A program made the position numbers and the translations under genes. From Felis catus (taxonomy: Eukaryota), in assembly GCF_018350175.1 (NCBI RefSeq), contig NC_058383.1:13580001-13644000 (forward strand): a stretch of DNA of 64,000 nucleotides. The letters run 5' to 3'. Of the stretch, positions 56,741 through 64,000 are shown in pieces. Under the pieces are notes generated by a model. The model was not told where the DNA came from. It ran no database searches and saw only the letters and a list, made by a program, of their open reading frames with translations. Position 1 is the stretch's first letter; the number at the start of each line of letters is the position of its first letter.

Positions 56741-58393
56741 CGGTCGTGAGGATATCGTTCTGTCGCTTCCTGAGTCGTAGAACTTGAATTTACATTCAGA
56801 GCTGGAGACCCCAGAACTCTTCCCCAGAGGGGAGCAGTGAACTACGCCCCTCCCTTTTGGGGACGATGCCAAGCCTTGTCTGGGTTTCCTGTAAGTCCTA
56901 AAAGTTGTGCTATATGGATAAAATCTAGCCGCTTTGACCTGTGGAAATAAACTGCTGTCTAAGGTACGCCATTTTGACCTCCTCGTACCGTTGGACAGTT
57001 CCAGGCTGGTCCCAGGCCTGACGAGATCCGTGGTGTCCTCTCTGTAGAAAACGGTCCTTTCTGATGAGTCAGTATTTACTCACCTCCTCCTCTCCCAGCC
57101 AGAATTTTCACTTCCCGACAGCAGGATCCTTGAGGGCTGGTAGCATAACCACTATTAAGCCTGCACGGATAAGCTCCCAAGATACCTGTCTTTTCGTGTA
57201 GAGGCAGGCATGCCAAATGTGCCAACCCATCCCAGTGAAGGGAGAGATTGGACAGGTCGTGTGAAGAGGAAGGCACAAAGCTACTGAGAAGAGGTGCTTC
57301 CAGAAATCACTTTTCCAGCCTCCCTCAATTACCCGGGACGAAACTAACTTTGAGTGTCTTCTTCAAGGTTAAGCTCCCTGGGAGCTGAGGGAACCTGGCC
57401 AGGGGCTATGAACTTTGCACAGAGGGCATCCTCAGAATCGCCCTCTGCTCAGTGGATCACTGCCCTCCCATTACTTGGCTGGCACGTACCTGATTTGGTT
57501 GACATTTCCATAATTAATTTATAGCAGCAATAACCCTGAGATGAGCCTATTTATAGGTTTGTGCAAGCTGGGTAAGAATATAGATTAAATCTTGGATCAT
57601 TAACATACTTAAAGTACTTGGGAGAGTTTTGCGATGGCCAAACGGCCTCCCAACTCGATGTGCACCAGCAGCCCATGGGTTTATTTCCCTTCCCAAGCTC
57701 AGAAACAACAGAACAACAAAGAATAAGCATACACCCCTCCCAGCCACCAAAGATATGCTGGGTTATCATGGGGAGGAGCTTGGTCATATCACCGCTCTAC
57801 TTTTCCACTTTCCTCCAAACCTGCCCGTAGTTGGCGGTGATGGTCCGAGGGCCCAACGGCCCCTGCCGCGCAGCACGGGGGTCCCAGGGACTTGGCCCTG
57901 CCCCTTGGGGCAGCAGCGAGTGGGGCCCAAGCAGTCCTACGGGGAGAAGCGCTGTCACCGTGCACAGCAGGGGTTTGAGAGTGTGAGAAAGGCAGCCTTT
58001 ATCTGAAGGGATGTTATTAAGCCCTGGACGGCTCTGCAGAACCAATCATCTTTCCTGCTGATCCTTTTTCAGTTTTCTTGTTCTGGTCGTTACCCTTTTG
58101 AAAAATAACATATATTGCTTTCATATCATAAGAGGAAGGTGTCTTCACTATCAGAAACAAAGATAAGTACAGAGAAGAAAGTAAAGAGCACACGTAATCC
58201 CGCTGCCCAAAAAGAGGCAGCTTCTAGATGTCTCTGCGGCGCCTCCTCGTATAGTCTTGGTTCTGGTGTCACGCTAGCAGAGCCCCTGGCTGGACGGGGA
58301 GGCTTCCCACTCAGATGCTTTCATAGCAGACAGATAGACGCGTTTCCTCGCAAGGGTGGCCTCATGGGCCCGGGGACAAGAATTCACTATCAA

Positions 58394-58420
58394 CGGTCAA
58401 TGACTTCGGTCAATGACTTC
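58394..58420. repeat. Perfect 13-bp tandem duplication (CGGTCAATGACTT)x2
   Basis: Units at 58394-58406 and 58407-58419. Confidence 0.95.
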
Positions 58421-60639
58421 CGACTCCCTGCCTCACTGTCAGGAGCCTGAAGCCATTCCCCTCTCCCTGTCTTTTCTTTTTTAATTTACTCAACCCGCCC
58501 AGCCCTATTTATCCTTCCCTCACCTGGGCAGGCCCCTGTGATAACGCCCTGTGCCCCCTTTGTTCCTCGCTGAGACCCTGTCCTCCTCCGACACGGAGAC
58601 GGATGTCTTGCTACCAAACGCGTTCCTTCCTTGTGGTGGTGGGTTTTTTGTTTTTGTTTTTGTTTTGTTTTGTTTACTTCTGTTCTAGTTGTTTTAAACT
58701 CTCAAACTGGCTACCAAACTCTTCAAATCAAAGTCAGTATGGATAAGATCGCAATACATGATTACACATATGCACAGATGGTTACGAATTTTAGTTGTTA
58801 ATGTTTTAATGAATTTACAAACTTTGAGCTCCTTGAAAAGAAGAGCTTAGGTATTATGTCGCCAGACCCTTCCCACAGTACTTGGCATATTACAAATACT
58901 TGATTAATATTTATTGAATTAAGATGAAAATGAAAATGAAGAGAAAATTTAATTACCCAGTCTCCTTTTTTATCTGAGCAGTTAAGTGCAGACAAAAAGG
59001 AGGTCATATAAAAATGATGGAAAAATAGTATCTTAGAACAATTTTTATGGTATATCAGTGCATTTTTTTGTGCTAAGGTATCACTATTAACCCAAGTGAG
59101 GACCCTTTTTAATGATTTTTTAAAATCTTGACGATGCCCTTTTCACTTCTTTCCTAAATGAACATTAATATAAAGCCATAAAAATTCCCTTAGAGGGTTT
59201 TATGAATTACTGCACTGTAAGATTGGGAAAAGGCCATTTGCAGCCATTTGTTTTATGGAGCTTGATTCTGAAACCCAGCACCGCCCCTGACCCTGCAGGG
59301 GCGCACTCTGAGGCATGACGCTTTTCTTGAGGACGGCGAGCCCGGGCACCCCTCCCCAAACCACACCAGTAACATGTCTCACACAGGCCACTTCACCAAA
59401 GTCAACGGTGTCAACCACACAGCCCCGCCCTGTGTGACTAGCCTAGACACGCTATGGGGAGGGAGGCAGAAATTAATAATGATACATGGAATAACTTTTC
59501 GCCCATAATGTAGATTGATTTTCAGTTCACCAGCATAAATCATTTTTGCCATATGACCCTGGTCATTTAATACTTGAAGAAATGATGCCAAAGACCAGAC
59601 ACCTGGTCTGGGGCGTGGGTTTTCAAACTCCTTTCACCTGCTGAACATGGAATGGAAGCCTAACGTATAAAATAGAGATGGGGGTTTGAGGGCCTGGAGT
59701 TCCCCTTCGCCACCACGTGGACCCTCGATCAGCTTGTCACAGCTCACTGTGGAAAACCCTGGGTCTAGAGACCAACATGATGAAGATGAAAGATAAGCAC
59801 AGCGCAGAAAGATATCACGAAGATGATAAAAATCGTAACACCTGACTTGTTTCGAGGCCTTCCTGTGCGCCAGGTACCGTGCTAAGCACTGACTTTCTTC
59901 ATAAAACCTGTCGGATTGTGATGTCTGAGGCAGAGTGTGGTGTCAGCTGCCTGAAAACACTTGAAAAGAATATTGGATTGTTTGCACACAGGCCACGGGC
60001 CAGATTATCTTGAAAGCCGTCTTTCTCACTACAGTTGTCTTTAGCCGCCATCGCTCTGTTGGAATGGGTCTCTCTCAAGCGAGCTCAAGAAAAAACGAAG
60101 CAAATCGGTTACCATTCAGCATGTTTGCACACGCACGTGTGTGCTATGTGCACGCACATAGAAGACCTTGATCCCACGTACTGAGTGACACCTACATTTA
60201 ACACACGTACCTCAGCAGATGTACCATTTTAAGGCTCGTTCAGAGCTTGGAGGGGGACGTGGCTCAGAAGACAACGGTAAAATGAGGTACGTGCCTTTGC
60301 CAACGTAGGTGGCTGTATCCGCAGACATTTGTTTTGGCAGATCATAAAGTCACAGGGCAGAGCAAATCCTTCAGTCTCACCCAGTGCCGGTGCTCTCTTG
60401 TCATTGTGGGCAAATGACCATCGCTCTGAAGCAAACCCAGAGAGGGGCCCGCTGCTGTCTTCTTGCCATCTTCGTTCCGTGAGCATCTTTGGGAGACGTG
60501 GGTCACCAGGACACCAAGACGAGATGATTCTTTGGCCTGAGGGGTGCCTGGCCAGCCAAACAGTGAGGCAGTCAGTCCACAGCCCTATTCCATTCCAGAA
60601 CCCCCGTCTGGTACGTCTGTGGAAGAAGAGCAAAGCAGG

Positions 60640-61075
60640 GAGTGCAGTGGAAGCTGCAGGAACGTGGTCTCGTTGGGAGACAAGGGAGACACGGGAAACC
60701 TGACGGACTCCAGAAAATGGTGGGAGGGAGCTAGGAGCTCAGAGCACATCGTTTCAAGGGAGAAGAGAAATGTTAGCAGCCTCAAGGCAGGTGGGATTTG
60801 AGTAGTTCCTTTGAAACAGGGAACAGTCATCGAGGGAAGGGAAGCTGCTGAGGAGAGACGGGGACAGGGCGCCGTGCACGCTGTTCTTGTCGGAACCACG
60901 CACGTATGTGGCTCTGAAGCGTGTTTAGGGAATTGAGAGGGACCATGCCGAAGAACATCATGGAAGGCCCAGTGGGGGCTGTGGCAAGCAGCAAATGCCT
61001 GCCTACAAAATTGGGAGCTTTTTAAATATTTTTGAGCAAGGAAAGGACACAGGGAAAACAGTTAATCTGGTTCAA
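60640..61075 (-). mobile_element. L2-like fragment
   Basis: aggcaggtgggatttgagtagttcctttgaa...gggagctttttaaatatttttgagcaaggaaa. Confidence 0.45.
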
Positions 61076-63464
61076 CCACCGAGCCATGTATAAAACGGCC
61101 GGCTCCTGATGGGTGTGCCGGATTGCAGATTTGCTTAGAAAGCGCACTGTGAGGAGAAACCCAAAGGAACCAGAGCCTTTCTTCTGGAGCCCTAACCAAG
61201 GAAGACGGAAGTCAGTTTCGTCTGGCAGGCATTTTCAGATGTGACCAGACGCCATGTCACGTGTTCGTGGTCGTAGCCAACTTAACGACAGCGGCAAACT
61301 ACACGTACAGAGTTTCTTCTGCAGCACCCGGACTCTCTGAAAAAGCTGGTTGTGAAGTCGAGGGCTGGGGCCTGCCTGGTCGTACCTCCAAGCCTCCCCA
61401 GAGTCCACACATGCCCTTTGGGTCCAGTTCACACATCTCATGCTGGCCCATTGAACAGAGCTGGGCCTATCGCAGACCTCCAGATATTTAATTTGTAAAC
61501 ACTTAATAAAGCGCTGTCAGTAGGTCGGCTTGTCTTTTCTGTCGGCCACATCAAAATCAATACGTCCCTTGGGTGTTCTGCCGTGATTGTCTGGGCTGGG
61601 GAATCTAATAGGATTAAGTGTTTGGGGTCCTATCTGACGCCACAGTCCACAGTCCTAGTTAGATGAGGTTAAAGACTAGCTTGCCATTGTGAAGGCACGA
61701 TTGCTTAGGGGTCTGAAAAATCATTAAAGCTTGTCCTCTTAAACGTTGATTGTTCCCTGGTGATTTATTGACAAAACACAAAAAAGTGCTCTATACTGCA
61801 CTCTAATTATATGTATGAGGCCATAAGATCTCATGGGAAATTAAATAAAATTTACAGCTTGATGGTTTTATGCTCCTGGGAGACATACCTTCTTAATAAG
61901 ATCTTATAGCTGGGAATATTTATGAGGTTAAAGTCCGTAGGCTTGAGCAAAGACCTAACCTTTCCATAGGAGGGGAGACGGGGGCACGTTTTGATTTCTT
62001 TGAAGATAAATGATTGTAATGAAATTTCAGGAGTTTAGGAAGAAATGCTCCGTGAGACACATCAAGCATTCCTCCCCAAGACCTCTGGAGGACAAAGCTG
62101 TCAGGACTCAGGGGCTTACTTCAACCCTGTATCACCACCACCTCCGGGGCATCCCTAAAGTCACCGGGCTGTCTCATCAGATGAGCCCCCATCACAGTCT
62201 GAAAGGGAGGAGAAACCCAAGCTAAGCACAATTACATAAGAGGTCAAGGAAGGGAGAAGATTTAAGAGTGGGGGGCAGGAGAGAGACAGAGAAAGAGAGA
62301 ATGTGCACGAGAATCACGCTGATGTTCTCCAACCCATAAAAAGCAGTTTTGTGTATTCAAACAGCCCCTCCACAGTTACTGGCCAGTTTGGACATTTGCT
62401 GTTTTACTAAGTCACCTTCTCTTTGCATCAGGGGGCTGGGGTCCAGGCCCCTGATCCCACAGTGATTACATAGAGTGTTATTCTGGACAAAGAATCAGAA
62501 CATTTCTGGGGGGGGCAGTGGGGGAGCCTCTGCAGATGGCGTAAAGATGACACTTTCTTGGTTCTGACGAATATGTTTTCAGAGGTGCACATTGTAAACC
62601 GGCCTGGTGATTTTTGTTACTCACATCCCAAAGTCTATGTGGATCCCGAATGAAGTTTTATGCTTTAAAATGGGTTGTTTCGACAAGAGCAAGGGGTATC
62701 CTTTAGACTGCCTCCCATTTCTGTTTTTTTTCCCTCGAGTAGCCCTGAAGCGACAGAAAGGAGGAAGGTAGACAGACAGACGGACAGGTAGATGGAGAAG
62801 TATATTTGCCTCTGGTTCTTAAGTGTAGAATTATGCTTTCATCTATTCAAGGAAGGATAATTATGCAGAACTCTCAGTTAGGGGCATGTCACATGTGGTC
62901 TATTTTTCTGTGGGTCTTTTAATGAGTATTTTTATATATGAAGTTCTGCATGGCCTCTCCTTGGTGTGTGAGAGGGACAGTGACACAGGGCTGGGGATCA
63001 AGCTTACAAGGGGTCAGGGTGGATCGGTACACCATCCCTCTGGGGGCCCTGACTTGGAGATCTTTGCAGCCAGCCTTCCCCATCTAGGGCATCTTATGAG
63101 TGTGTTTCCCCGTGTGCTCTGATTTGTTTAGAAGAAGCAGAGCACCCCCCCATCCCCGCCCGTTAGAGCCTCCTGCCTGTGCTCACGTGAACAGCAGAGG
63201 GCTGTTTAATTAAGATGAACTTATACAGAGCCTATCTGCGGAGGTGATGCGCACAGATTGAGGGCCTCATTACTCTCCCAATCACCCCTCTGGTTCCCTT
63301 CTCCGGAATAACCCAAAGTAAAAAGAAAAGAATATAAACTCTGATGCCCACACTTCTGTTAGCGCCCAGCTTCCTTTTCCCCCAGGTGGCGGTGGCTTTC
63401 GAAACTGGATGAAGAACATGGCTTGCTTAGCATGGAGTGGAGGAAGCAAGTTTGTTCTAAGCCT

Positions 63465-63580
63465 GGCCTGCTCTCTCCAGTTTGTCACTGTGTCCGTCCC
63501 TTTCCCTGGACCCAGTTTCCTCACCTGTAAAATGAAGAGCCAAGGCTACGTGATTTTAGGGTCCCTCTCAGCTCTAAAAT
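63465..63580 (+). mobile_element. MIR/MIR3
   Basis: ccctggacccagtttcctcacctgtaaaatga...gtccctctcagctctaaaat. Confidence 0.7.
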
Positions 63581-63607
63581 ATCACTTCATAGTTCTAAGA
63601 TTTATGT

Positions 63608-63832
63608 TTTTTTTTTTAATTTTTTTTTCAACGTTTATTTATTTTTGGGACAGAGAGAGACAGAGCATGAACGGGGGAGGGGCAGAGAGAGAGGGAGACA
63701 CAGAATCAGAAACAGGCTCCAGGCTTCGAGCCATCAGCCCAGAGCCTGACGCGGGGCTCGAACTCACGGACTCGCGAGATCGTGACCTGGCTGAAGTCGG
63801 ACGCCCAACCGACTGCGCCACCCAGGTGCCCC
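63608..63832 (-). mobile_element. Young SINEC_Fc
   Basis: Near-consensus; perfect 17-bp TSD agttctaagatttatgt at 63591-63607 and 63834-63850. Confidence 0.96.
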
Positions 63833-64000
63833 AAGTTCTAAGATTTATGTAGGAGAACAGCATTGCACTCCCTGCCTTGCTTTAGCCTTTTGAATGAAAG
63901 TGAGATGTCTCATCAGTGGAGGCACAGCCAGCTCAAGCCCCAGGTCTCAGATAAAAGGAGAAAAAAAGAAATACTTATTACAGATAGCTAAGTTCCCCTG

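Larger units (their letters stand above)
19378..64000 (+). other. AUTS2: 5' part of the AUTS2 intron downstream of the 30-nt exon (intron 5)
   Basis: Starts with GTAAGA donor; next exon (ASDASSEK...) not seen in the window. Confidence 0.8.

Noticed and set aside
1..64000. CRISPR array, prokaryotic operon, provirus or other foreign insert
   Set aside because: No regularly spaced repeats, no gene-dense segment and no gag/pol/env-like ORFs; composition is mammalian intron throughout.

Overview
This is mammalian genomic DNA from a felid, most likely domestic cat, judged from about 12 Can-SINEs including near-consensus SINEC_Fc copies. The only credible coding sequence is a 30-nt in-frame exon at 19348-19377 (+) encoding [10 protein letters not shown]. 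I recognise it from memory as AUTS2 (human context ...[23 protein letters not shown]...; exon 5 in human numbering). The window is therefore the end of one very long AUTS2 intron, the exon, and the start of the next intron. The introns hold a near full-length decayed Tigger1 DNA transposon, SINEs with target-site duplications (TSDs) including a tandem dimer, old L1, L2, MIR, MLT1 and hAT fossils, microsatellites, and a 35-nt tailless U2 snRNA retrocopy whose target site resembles U2. There are also several repeat-free, motif-dense blocks that may be enhancers. The listed ORFs are spurious or repeat-derived. I found no convincing new multi-gene system; the best observations are small mechanistic or regulatory ones. 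Repeat subfamily names and old-repeat boundaries come from recalled consensus sequences and are approximate.
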